The position numbers were made by a program, and so were the translations under genes. A DNA stretch of 64,000 nt, from positions 1 through 64,000 of the forward strand of contig JBBDYJ010000016.1 in NCBI GenBank assembly GCA_040901675.1, written 5' to 3'. This stretch comes from Pirellulales bacterium (GTDB taxonomy: Bacteria; Planctomycetota; Planctomycetia; Pirellulales; JAICIG01). The notes beneath the pieces are model-generated. The model did not search any database and was not told the origin of the DNA. It was given only the letters and a program-made list of their open reading frames with translations. This document shows, in pieces, positions 22,956-31,866 of this stretch. Positions within the stretch are counted from its first letter, which is position 1; the number at the start of each line of letters is the position of its first letter.

Positions 22956-23092
22956 CAAACCTGCCCCGGGGGCGGGTCGCCGTGGATTTGGGTCTGGTTG
23001 CCGCATCCCTCCGCCTGGTTGCCCCGCTGGCGCGGGCTGCCTGGTCCACGGTCTGCTGCTGGGTTAGCCACGGTCTGCTGCTTGGGTAGGTT

Positions 23093-23920
23093 GTGTCGCA
23101 AGATATCTTTCACATCCTGGAGGGGTGGGAGTTCTCGCCCGACCAGATTGCCGTCCGCAGCATTCGCGGGGACGACGGGCGGGAAAAAATCCAGATGCGG
23201 CTCGACCTGGGCCTGTTGCAAATGGAGGTCGACGGCCGCCCCGATGGGCAGCGCCCCCAAGGCTGCGAGTCGTGGCTCGACCACTATCGGCAGCTTCAGC
23301 GCGGCCAGGATGCCCGAAACCCCGATGGCCCGCCGTTCGTGCTCGATGGCGAAGCTTGCGAGCGCCTGCTCCGCGAAGGAATCCAGTACTATCACCGCTA
23401 CCTCAGCTTCTGGCACCTGAAACGCTACGAGCTCTGCGCCCGCGACACCACCCGCAACTTGCGCCTCTTCCAGTTCGTCCGCGATTATGCCGACGACGAG
23501 CGCCAGCGGCGGCGCTTCGACCAGTGGCGGCCCTACGTGACCATGATGCACACCCGCGCCGTCGCAACCCCGCTTGTCGAGCTGGGCCAGTACGAGGCCG
23601 CCCTGGGCGCCATCGACGCGGGAATCCGCGGCATTCGGCGTTTCCTGGAGGAATACAACCAATCCGAACGTGCCGACCAATGCCCGGAGCTGGCGCCGCT
23701 CGAGCGGTGGCGCGACCAGATCGCCGCCCGGCATCTTCCCCGCATCGAGGCCGAGCCGGCCGCCGACGAGGCGGAAGTCGCGGTGATGGACAACATCGAG
23801 AGGCTCCGCCTGCGGCTGGCCGAAGCTATCAGCGAGGAGCGGTTCGAAGAGGCCGCCACCCTGCGCGACGAGATCCGCCGGCTGGCTGAGAACCCGCTAT
23901 CGGGCGAGAGCGAAGGATAA
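23093..23920 (+). CDS. UvrB/UvrC-motif-containing protein
   Basis: C-terminal LAEAISEERFEEAATLRDEIRRL; N-terminal IQMRLDLGLLQME. Confidence 0.8.
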   Translation: MSQDIFHILEGWEFSPDQIAVRSIRGDDGREKIQMRLDLGLLQMEVDGRPDGQRPQGCESWLDHYRQLQRGQDARNPDGPPFVLDGEACERLLREGIQYYHRYLSFWHLKRYELCARDTTRNLRLFQFVRDYADDERQRRRFDQWRPYVTMMHTRAVATPLVELGQYEAALGAIDAGIRGIRRFLEEYNQSERADQCPELAPLERWRDQIAARHLPRIEAEPAADEAEVAVMDNIERLRLRLAEAISEERFEEAATLRDEIRRLAENPLSGESEG

Positions 23921-24099
23921 CAGCCGGATGGGCTTTCAAGGGCGCACCGTCCAGCCCCAGGTTGCCCGCTTCCGCCCGCGCTGGTACCATGGGGACAGGT
24001 GCCGTGACGCCCGCCGGGCACATCGCTGCCCGCCGGATCTCACGGCGCAAAAGTCCTCTGCCATGTTCGTGCTGAGACGTCATATTTTGGGGAGCCGAT

Positions 24100-24267
24100 A
24101 AAAAAGTCCGCTGGGTGCCTGACTACGAACCCGGCCGCGTGTACAGCCGACGCCCCGGAGCCCAACGGTTCCGGACACAGGCGGACGGATCACACAACCC
24201 GGGTTCCAGGACACCCCCATGTGACATGCGGGCTCTCGAAAACCGCGTCGCCACGGCATTGCGGTGG
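24100..24267 (-). ncRNA. Candidate structured RNA (long rod-like hairpin, possibly 6S-like)
   Basis: Nested complementarity across 24103-24236, with G-U pairs favouring the minus strand; ends in a U-run; TATAAA at 24279-24274 upstream. Confidence 0.4.
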
Positions 24268-24370
24268 AGGATTTTTATAAACCGCAGTCCTACCCCCGGG
24301 GTCGCGGCCGGCTGGCCGGTATGCCCGGTTCGCCGTGCCGTACTGCCCGCTCTCGTCGCGGTGCCTCACG

Positions 24371-25231
24371 ATGTCTACCGAGCTTGCCGCCAAGCGTGAT
24401 CGACTGCTGACGCTGTTACGCGGCTACGGCAGTTGCGCCGTGGCCTTCTCCGGCGGGGTCGACAGCACCGTGCTGGCCAAGGCCGCACAATTGGCCCTGG
24501 GCGAGCGGGCCGTGGCGGTCACCGGCGAGAGCGCCAGTCTCGCGGAAGGCCAGTTGGACGAGGCCCGGCGTTTGGCCGAGTCGATCGGCATCCGCCACGT
24601 CGTCCTGGCCACCGAGGAGTTCCGCAACCAGGCGTACCTGCGCAATGAGCCCGACCGCTGCTACCACTGCAAGACCGAGCTGTACGGCCAAATCGAAGCA
24701 GTGCTCCAGGCGACCGGCGCCGCCGTGGTCGCCAACGGGGCGAACCTGGACGATTCGGGAGACTATCGGCCGGGGATGACGGCCGCGGCCGAGCATGGGG
24801 TGAAGAGTCCGCTTTTGGAATGCGGGCTGGGCAAGGCGGAGGTCCGCCAGTTGGCCGCCGCCTGGGAGCTTCCCGTCTGGGACAAGCCGGCCAGCCCCTG
24901 CCTGAGCAGCCGCATCGCGTACGGCGAGCAGGTGTCGCCCGAACGGCTGGCGATGATCGACCGGGCGGAGCAATTCCTCCGCGGCCAGGGCCTGGTGGAG
25001 TTGCGGGTTCGCTACCACAAGGGCGGCCTGGCGCGGATCGAAGTGCCGCTGACCGAGATCGCCCGGCTGGCCTCGCCCGACGTGCGAGACGGCCTGGTGA
25101 GCGAGCTGCGCCGCTTGGGCTTCAAGTACGTGACGCTCGACCTGGAAGGGTTTCGCTCAGGCAGCCTCAACAGCCTCATCCCGCGCGACCTGGTGCAGCT
25201 CAGCGGCTCGCAGCCGGCAACTCCTCGATAA
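24371..25231 (+). CDS. larE: ATP-dependent sacrificial sulfur transferase (PP-loop)
   Basis: AFSGGVDS, RCYHCK, DYRPG, KPASPCLSSRI, GFRSGSLN. Confidence 0.9.
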   Translation: MSTELAAKRDRLLTLLRGYGSCAVAFSGGVDSTVLAKAAQLALGERAVAVTGESASLAEGQLDEARRLAESIGIRHVVLATEEFRNQAYLRNEPDRCYHCKTELYGQIEAVLQATGAAVVANGANLDDSGDYRPGMTAAAEHGVKSPLLECGLGKAEVRQLAAAWELPVWDKPASPCLSSRIAYGEQVSPERLAMIDRAEQFLRGQGLVELRVRYHKGGLARIEVPLTEIARLASPDVRDGLVSELRRLGFKYVTLDLEGFRSGSLNSLIPRDLVQLSGSQPATPR

Positions 25232-25283
25232 TGGATAACGGCGGCGACGGCTGCGGCGAGCTTTCAGGCGCGGTCGTGCCGCT

Positions 25284-26339
25284 TCAATGAGGGCGGGCCG
25301 ACGGCTGGGGAGTGGCGAGGCGGGCGATGAGCTGCTCCAGCACGATGCGGGCCCGCGCCGGCGACGAGCTGTGCCCCTTCAGAGCCAGATCGGCTTCGAG
25401 CAGCCACGCGTAGAGCCGCGCCGCCCGCTGCCGGCCGATTTGCTTCAGTTGCGACTGCGCCTTGTTGATGATGAAGGGGATCGGCTTCATGCCCGCCGCC
25501 TGCAGCGCCTGCGAGAGCGTGATCCGGCGGCCCTCGGTCTCGTGCTGCTCGATCACGCGGGTGGCGGCCGCGAAACGGCGGAGCGTCGAGCCGATCTGGG
25601 CCAGGATGGCAATCGGGTTTTCGCCGGCCAGCAAGAGGCGGTCGAGCTCGTGGATCGCCTCGGCCGCCTTCCCCTCGGCGGCCCGGTCGAGCATGTCCCA
25701 AGTGGTCTTGGCACGGAAGCCGCCCACCAGCCGGCGCACCAGTTGGGGAGTGACCGGGCCATCGGCGGCGCCCGACAGCTTGGCCAGCTCCTGGTCGATC
25801 AGGCCCAGCTCGGGGCCGACCAGGTCCAAGAGCAGCTCGGCCGCGGGCCGTTCGATCCGGACGCCGTGACGCGCCAGTGTCCAGGGGACGAGCCATTTGA
25901 GCAACTTGCCGGCCGGAGGCAGCCTGCAATCGACGGCCAGGCCCGAGGCGGCGACTGCCTTGGCCAGCCGCGTGTTGGCCGGCCAGGCATCCACCTCCAG
26001 GACCAACGTGCCAGTTGGCTTGGGGTTGGCCACGTAGTCTTCCAACAGCCCGCGGTGGCTGCTGACAAAGCCGCCGGCGTCGCGGACGATGGCCAGCCGG
26101 CGCCCGCCGCCGAACAGCGGCACGGTGGCCAGGTCGTCGAAAACCTCGCGGGGCTCGGCCGTGTCGCCGTCGTAGCGGCTGAGCGAGAACTCGGCATCCG
26201 CGCCGGCCAGGACACTGCCGCGGAATTCGGCCAGGACCAGGCTCTTCAGAAACGCCTCGTCGCCAAAGGCGACCGCGACCGCGGGCACCGGCATGCCGGC
26301 CGCCTGGGCAAGGTAATCGATCGCATCCAGTTGAGCCAT
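25284..26339 (-). CDS. holA: DNA polymerase III delta subunit
   Basis: GDEAFLK, TVPLFGGGRRL, ELAKLS, LLEADLALKG. Confidence 0.85.
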   Translation of the reverse strand: MAQLDAIDYLAQAAGMPVPAVAVAFGDEAFLKSLVLAEFRGSVLAGADAEFSLSRYDGDTAEPREVFDDLATVPLFGGGRRLAIVRDAGGFVSSHRGLLEDYVANPKPTGTLVLEVDAWPANTRLAKAVAASGLAVDCRLPPAGKLLKWLVPWTLARHGVRIERPAAELLLDLVGPELGLIDQELAKLSGAADGPVTPQLVRRLVGGFRAKTTWDMLDRAAEGKAAEAIHELDRLLLAGENPIAILAQIGSTLRRFAAATRVIEQHETEGRRITLSQALQAAGMKPIPFIINKAQSQLKQIGRQRAARLYAWLLEADLALKGHSSSPARARIVLEQLIARLATPQPSARPH

Positions 26340-26557
26340 GCGGGGCCTGCGTGGCGGACGGCGGACCGTGGCGGATGGCGGAGGCTTGCTAAGTTGTAAG
26401 CGGAATGAATTCCGCTGGTACGAATTGTCCGCACGGCGCAACGAGGGTCAAGCGGGGAAGGCAGCGAAGAAGGCAGAAGGATGAAGGAGGAAGGCAGAGT
26501 AAGAGACGCGCAAGCGTCGTTCTGTTGCCCTGTTTTCTGTTCCCTGTCCGGCGCAGC

Positions 26558-28354
26558 CTACCGGAAAAGATTGTAGATCAGCTTCGAGCGGCGGGCGGCG
26601 TCGCCGAGGGGGCGGACGTTCCGGATGTGGCCCCGCGGACGCACGGCGTCGATCGAGACCACGTCGGCCGTGTCGACCACGCGGACGTTGCCCGCCTCGT
26701 CGCGGACCTCCAGCCGCAGGTAAATGCGGTCGCCCACGCGGTGGTCGAGCCGCCACGAATACCGGCCGGTGTTCTCCAGGCCGGCGGCAATCGCGGTCCA
26801 GGGGCCGTGGGGGCTTTCGCTGAACCAGAGCGAAATCGGCCGGTCGCCGAGCAACTGGTCTTCGGCCTCCCAGCAAATCGCCAATTCGCCCACTTGCTCG
26901 CCGGTTCCCTGCTCGGCGGCAATCAGCCGCGCGGTCGGCCGCGTCAGGTCGACGGCCACCCAGACGTCGGGCAGGTCGCCGGCGCGGGGCACCGCCGTGC
27001 GCAGACCCGTGCCGGTTTCGACGACCATGCGGAAGCCGTACATGCCTTCGCCTTCGACCGAAACGCTCATCGGGCTGCGGCCATCCTCGTCGACGCCCAG
27101 CGCGGTCCACGAGACTCCGCCGTCGCGGGTGCCCCAGAGCTCGACCTTGGCAATGCCGGAGGGGCCGACTGCGTCGATCTCATATTCCAACTCGAAGCGG
27201 CGCGAGTTGACCCAGCGTGGCCGCACGCCGGGCGGCAGCATTTCGCCTTGAAAGGCGTCGGCTTCCACGTGATCCGCGTCGGGCGGCGGTTGACTTTCGT
27301 CGGGCGAGGCATCGGCGGCGGGGTCGCCGGCCGGGACATTGCCGATTTGTGGGCTGCTTCGATCGGCGCTCGGGCCGGCCGGCCCCAGCGCCGGAGCGGT
27401 TGCCGGCTCGCCGTCGGTGCGAGGATAGGTGGTGGTGACCGGCTCGGGCAGCAGCGACTCGAACGGATCGGTGCGGCCGGGAAAGGCGTCGCTCATGCTC
27501 GGAGGCGCGATCTCCTCGGCCGGATCGAGCGGCGAGTCGTCGCTTGGCTCGGCGGGCCATCGGGTCACGATCGCCGGTGGACCGGGCGCCTGTTGATCGA
27601 GCGGGTGTTCATCGGGCGGTGGACTGGCGATCGTTTCCGCGGCGTCGCGGCCGGCGGCGGTGTCAACCAGCGTTTGGCCGGCGGCCGTGTCGACCAGCGT
27701 CTGGCTGACGGCGCGGTTGCCGGAGAGGTCCTGGATTTCGGCCCTGACGCTGACAGGACCGGCCGCTTCCGGCATGAAGGTCAGCTCACCGCTCGGCCCA
27801 GCGCCGGCATCGGCCGTTGGGAGGGGGTCGACGGCCACGCTCCGCCAGGGCCCGCTCTCATCGCCCGCGCGATATTCGACTTTGAGGCCATCGCTGCGCG
27901 GATTGTCGTCGGCGGCACTCCATTGAACGAGTATTTCGCCGCCCGCACCCAGTGACGCCGCCAGGTCGAGCTTCGGCGGAGTGGTGTCGACGACCACGAT
28001 CAGCTCCGGGGCTGGGGGGGCAATCGGACGCAGGACGCCCGTGGGGTACTTGGTGCGGACCATGAACCAGTACTCGCCATCGCCCGGCGCGCGGAAATGG
28101 AAGCGCTTTTCGTCGGGGGCCACCGCCGCATACAGGCGCCAGGCGGCACCTCGGTTCTCGGAGATGTGCAGTTGGACTTCGATCGGCTGCGGAGTTTTGC
28201 CGTCGAGCCCCGGGATGCCGAAGGGGATCGAGAACTCCGCCTGGCGGCTGTACTTGGGCTGGACGCTGGGCCGGCCGGCCGGCGCGGCGGCCAAGGCGCC
28301 CGTGGCAGCCAGCACGGCTGCCAGGAAGACGGCCGCGTGCTTGGGGCTCGGCAT
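26558..28354 (-). CDS. Exported protein with Ig-like modules and a Pro-rich linker
   Basis: Signal peptide (HAAVFLAAVLAATGALAA), repeated VVVDTTPP/VAVDLTRP module ends. Confidence 0.7.
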   Translation of the reverse strand: MPSPKHAAVFLAAVLAATGALAAAPAGRPSVQPKYSRQAEFSIPFGIPGLDGKTPQPIEVQLHISENRGAAWRLYAAVAPDEKRFHFRAPGDGEYWFMVRTKYPTGVLRPIAPPAPELIVVVDTTPPKLDLAASLGAGGEILVQWSAADDNPRSDGLKVEYRAGDESGPWRSVAVDPLPTADAGAGPSGELTFMPEAAGPVSVRAEIQDLSGNRAVSQTLVDTAAGQTLVDTAAGRDAAETIASPPPDEHPLDQQAPGPPAIVTRWPAEPSDDSPLDPAEEIAPPSMSDAFPGRTDPFESLLPEPVTTTYPRTDGEPATAPALGPAGPSADRSSPQIGNVPAGDPAADASPDESQPPPDADHVEADAFQGEMLPPGVRPRWVNSRRFELEYEIDAVGPSGIAKVELWGTRDGGVSWTALGVDEDGRSPMSVSVEGEGMYGFRMVVETGTGLRTAVPRAGDLPDVWVAVDLTRPTARLIAAEQGTGEQVGELAICWEAEDQLLGDRPISLWFSESPHGPWTAIAAGLENTGRYSWRLDHRVGDRIYLRLEVRDEAGNVRVVDTADVVSIDAVRPRGHIRNVRPLGDAARRSKLIYNLFR

Positions 28355-28559
28355 GGGGCGTCCTTCGGACCGGTCGTTTGTCGTGACCGGATTCATCCGG
28401 TCGATTTGTCTCGCCCACGCTCCCGCGTGAGTAGCCATCGTGGACCCCATCCACGGGGTCAGTACGCACTGCAACTCCGCCAGGAGCCTGGAACCAGACA
28501 CCGTTGGTATCGGTTTAACGGTCGCGGGGCTTGAGAAAAGTGTGCAGATTGGGACGGTT

Positions 28560-29195
28560 CTTGGCACTTTGGGCCTTGGGTCTTGGGTCTTGGAACGCGG
28601 ACGGACCTTTCGACAAGCTCAAGGCAGGGACGGACGAAGATCTCACGCCAAGGACTTCGGCGAGCTCAGTCGAGGCGCGCCAAGGCGCAAAGAGGAGGAC
28701 GGGTCCGCCGCAGGAGGACCCACCAACCACTGGCCACTGACCACTGGGCAGTGCATTTGAGTTGTTTCCCAATTTACGGTGGTTTAAGGGTCAGAAGTCG
28801 GAACTGCGTCTTGGTGCTTGGATCTTGGGTCTTGGTGCTTTGGACTGGTGTCCGGTGCCGGAGGTCCGCTGCCGGCTGACCCCTGGCCGTGCTGGAAGTC
28901 CGCCGCAGGAGGAGCCGCCGACCACTATTGGCAATTGAGGCAATTGAGTTGTTCACCACTTTTCGCGACTTTAATCCGAACAATCCGGAACTTGGGGAAG
29001 ATGGAGTCTACTGGGTAGTTTGGTTTTGGTGCTTGGCTCTTAGATCTTGGTGCTTGGGTCTTGGCTCTTTGGTTGCTGTCGGCTGATCCGTGCACAGGTC
29101 CGCCGCAGGCGGAACTCCTGGCTTTGACGCTGCTCGTCCACGGGCCCTTAACCGTGCTGCAAGTCCGCCACAGGAGGAGCCCCCAACCACTACTG
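28560..29195 (-). repeat. Degenerate array of three ~200-260-bp non-coding units with CCAAGAC/CCAAGAT heptamer tracts
   Basis: Core TCCGCC(G/A)CAGGAGGA at 28704, 28899 and 29164 (partial copy at 29099), each followed by ACCAC; TTGAGTTGTT at about 28757 and 28943. Confidence 0.7.
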
Positions 29196-29225
29196 CTTAT
29201 ACCGCAGGGGGTGGGCGGATGTCAA
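29196..29225 (-). promoter_or_regulatory. Near-consensus sigma70 promoter pointing into the repeat array
   Basis: TTGACA (29225-29220), 18-bp spacer, TATAAG (29201-29196). Confidence 0.55.
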
Positions 29226-29401
29226 GGGGGGTGGTCGGAATTTTGTACGGAATTTAGGGTGGAGATGGAACGGCGCTAGGAACGTGAACCACAAAGGGCA
29301 CGAAGGACACGAGACGAAGGAAAGGATGCCCACGAAAAGGCACGACCTTTCCACAGGCTCAAGGCGGGGCGGGAAAACAAGAGAAGAAGCGTTTCAAGCC
29401 A

Positions 29402-29655
29402 GCGATTTGCCGGGCCATCTGGGCACCGGGGACGCGCACGACAGCCCCGAGGCGCTTCTCCGTCGATCTGGCCAAGGGACTTTTCCGTTGTTTTTGCTGC
29501 GGTACCCAGATCCCAGATCCAGTGTCCAGAGGGGGAACCAACTAGACCTTTGGGCAACCGTACAGCGCCTTGCCTTGTACGACGCCGCAATCGACGTCTG
29601 CCGTCACGGCGGTGTCGGTATTTCGCTACTCGATCCGCATTCCGAAGGTCGATAG
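29402..29655 (+). pseudogene. Frameshifted CHC2 (DnaG-type) zinc-finger remnant
   Basis: RFSVDLAKGLFRCFCCGTQ in one frame joins GNQLDLWATVQRLALYDAAIDVC in another if 23 bp (29510-29532) are removed. Confidence 0.6.
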
Positions 29656-29827
29656 CCGGCCCCCATTGGCCCGGGAAACTGGCTCCCGTATCAAGCCGCG
29701 ATCGACATGCGTGCCGTTCGACGCATCGGTCGATGTGACCGACGCGAGCAAAATCCGCGATTACTCTGAAACATCAGTCGGCGATCGACACGACTGAGAA
29801 AAACCGCGATTTGTTGAAAGATCAAAA

Positions 29828-29886
29828 GCCGAACGCTCCGGTTCAGCGGCGCGCGCAGCGCCGTCCGCTGCATGCTGTTGTTAGCC
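29828..29886 (-). mobile_element. Integron attC-like recombination site (59 bp)
   Basis: Minus strand GGCTAAC-AACAG-CATGCAGCGG...CCGCTGAACC-GGAGC-GTTCGGC; the R'' box overlaps the KTSC stop codon. Confidence 0.7.
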
Positions 29887-30102
29887 TGCGTGCCGTCCGT
29901 TCGGTTTGTGGTTCAGAACCTCGTGGATGTACTGTCCCCGAGATTGCCCGGGCGCCGTGAATTCTTCCCAGACATTGCGGGGACAGGCCGCGTACCACCA
30001 CTCGACACCATTCGGAAACCTCACATAAATCCGTTCGGCTTCCGCATCGTACGCCTCCGCCACAATGCGACATGATCCCGTCACGGGACTCCACTCGATC
30101 AT
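29881..30102 (-). CDS. KTSC-domain protein
   Basis: V..S.I....YD......VRF.NG....Y...P..VWEEF.....S.GQYI pattern; GAGGTG SD overlaps the herA stop. Confidence 0.8.
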   Translation of the reverse strand: MIEWSPVTGSCRIVAEAYDAEAERIYVRFPNGVEWWYAACPRNVWEEFTAPGQSRGQYIHEVLNHKPNGRHAG

Positions 30103-30111
30103 GGCTGCACC

Positions 30112-31866
30112 TCATTGATAGGTTTCGCGCCATGCTTTCAGCGCGGGCGCAACGTCCGGGATCCTTGGGTCTCCTCGCCAGGGTTCCAAGGACGGGTCCT
30201 CAGCCTTCGGCCAAGGATCAGGCGTATCCAAGACGGTTCGAGCTGGCAGGACCAAGGACTCCCCGCTGATGATTGCCTCGTGTGTTCGAAGTGAAGGAAG
30301 CACGGCTGCCAGTCCCGCGATTGCATCCGGAAGCGCGGTCTTGATCGCGCCCTGATCCTCTGAATTCGACAACCTTAGAGCGACAATCGTGCCACATTGC
30401 GCGAGCGCGGTCTTGGGGAGTTCCGTTGGTCGCTGTGTGACCAGCAAGAGCCCGACGCCGTACTTACGTCCCTCTCGCGCGATTCGGTTGGCCGAATTGC
30501 GCGTCAATGCACTCGCTCCCTCGCCGAGATACCGATGAGCCTCTTCAAGGACCAACAGCACGGGGCTTGGACGCCCGATGCCTTCTCCCCCGACTTCACA
30601 GCGGAGCGCAACTTCGAGAAGTAGGTTGAGCACAACACCTATTGCAGCATCGGCGGCATCGGACGGCACGCCGTTAAAGTCCAGGACGGAGACCGGTTTG
30701 TCACGACCGACCCACTCCTGCATGACCCCAACGAGCGGGTCAGGACCAGCCGAGTCGCCCGGCGGTTCCTGGAAGAACCGTAGCCGAGGGTCAAGCAATC
30801 CCAGGCGAAGCAGGTCAGGGCTCGTCCCGTACACGCCGTACATCGGGCCCTTGTGCGGTAGTGCACCGCCGGGGCCGTAGGGCTCGAACTGTGCAGACCT
30901 CAGCGCTGCCACGTCACCGGGATCCGTTTCGCGAGCAGTTGCAGGATCGGCCGCGGCGCCTCTCGTCTCGCGATTCTCCCTGTCGAGTTGATGCCAGATC
31001 GGGCGGATATCGAACGGGATTGGAGTGTCGGCAGTCACCGTTGTTGGATCGTTGGTCAACCACTCGGCCGAATCCACGAAGTCCCGGCGCGCCTTCGTCA
31101 CGAGTTCCGCAAAGCGATTGCTGAATGTGGCCCCTCCAACAGTTCCTGCAAAGATCCGTAGGATCTCGAGTGCCGGCAATGCCCAGTAGGGAACTCGCAA
31201 ACGTTTCTTGTCCTCCTGGGCGAGCACGCTTCGAACAGAAGCGAGGCCGCTCATTGCGGCTGAATACTCACCGTGCGGATCAACAACGAGGATGTTTGCC
31301 GCCTTCCATCCACCCTTCACGAAGTTCTGAAGGATCGAAGCGACCGCGCTCGTCTTTCCCGAACCCGTCGATCCCACGACCGCCGAATGGCGCACTACGA
31401 AGCGAGACGCGTTCAGGGCGACGGGAACGTCTTCGGCCGCCGCCAACCGGCCGAGGCGCACGTGCTCCTCATCCGGGGCGGGAAATACTGACTTGAGTTG
31501 CTGAGGAGTCGCGAAATGAACGGGATCGTCAAGCCCTGGGTACGTACCGACGCCGCGTCTGAACTCCCCTGAACCGCGGTGAATCTCTCCAAGCAACTGG
31601 ACTTGCAGCCACCGCTCATCCCGTTGTACAGAATCTGCCGGTGCCAAGGGCCCAGATAGTTCCGCAATCCCCACAAGGCTCACGGTGGCCACGAGGTCGA
31701 CAAGACCTTGCGGGATACGCACGAGCGAACCAATTTGGCCCACGGGTAACAGCCGACCTCGGTAGATCGGCGCGACACCGGCCAGATCGAGGTCCAGTGC
31801 GACGGTGACCGTAGCACCCATGACGTGCCGCACTCTGCCGATGCAGGTTGGGTCTCGCTCAGGCAT
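30112..31866 (-). CDS. herA: HerA/FtsK-family ATPase (DUF87)
   Basis: RHSAVVGSTGSGKT, DPHGEY, LVLEEAHRY, REGRKYG, VTQRPTEL; ATG 31866 overlaps the SIR2 stop. Confidence 0.9.
   Translation of the reverse strand: MPERDPTCIGRVRHVMGATVTVALDLDLAGVAPIYRGRLLPVGQIGSLVRIPQGLVDLVATVSLVGIAELSGPLAPADSVQRDERWLQVQLLGEIHRGSGEFRRGVGTYPGLDDPVHFATPQQLKSVFPAPDEEHVRLGRLAAAEDVPVALNASRFVVRHSAVVGSTGSGKTSAVASILQNFVKGGWKAANILVVDPHGEYSAAMSGLASVRSVLAQEDKKRLRVPYWALPALEILRIFAGTVGGATFSNRFAELVTKARRDFVDSAEWLTNDPTTVTADTPIPFDIRPIWHQLDRENRETRGAAADPATARETDPGDVAALRSAQFEPYGPGGALPHKGPMYGVYGTSPDLLRLGLLDPRLRFFQEPPGDSAGPDPLVGVMQEWVGRDKPVSVLDFNGVPSDAADAAIGVVLNLLLEVALRCEVGGEGIGRPSPVLLVLEEAHRYLGEGASALTRNSANRIAREGRKYGVGLLLVTQRPTELPKTALAQCGTIVALRLSNSEDQGAIKTALPDAIAGLAAVLPSLRTHEAIISGESLVLPARTVLDTPDPWPKAEDPSLEPWRGDPRIPDVAPALKAWRETYQ

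Noticed and set aside
27651..27704. 27-bp in-frame duplication (QTLVDTAAG x2)
   Set aside because: Real, but an ordinary slippage event in a low-complexity linker.
28560..29195. CRISPR array
   Set aside because: Repeats are degenerate, spacing is about 200-260 bp and irregular, and there are no cas genes.
29284..29655. 123-aa ORF as an intact gene
   Set aside because: The N-terminus is translated repeat sequence; only the C-terminal part matches the broken zinc-finger frame.
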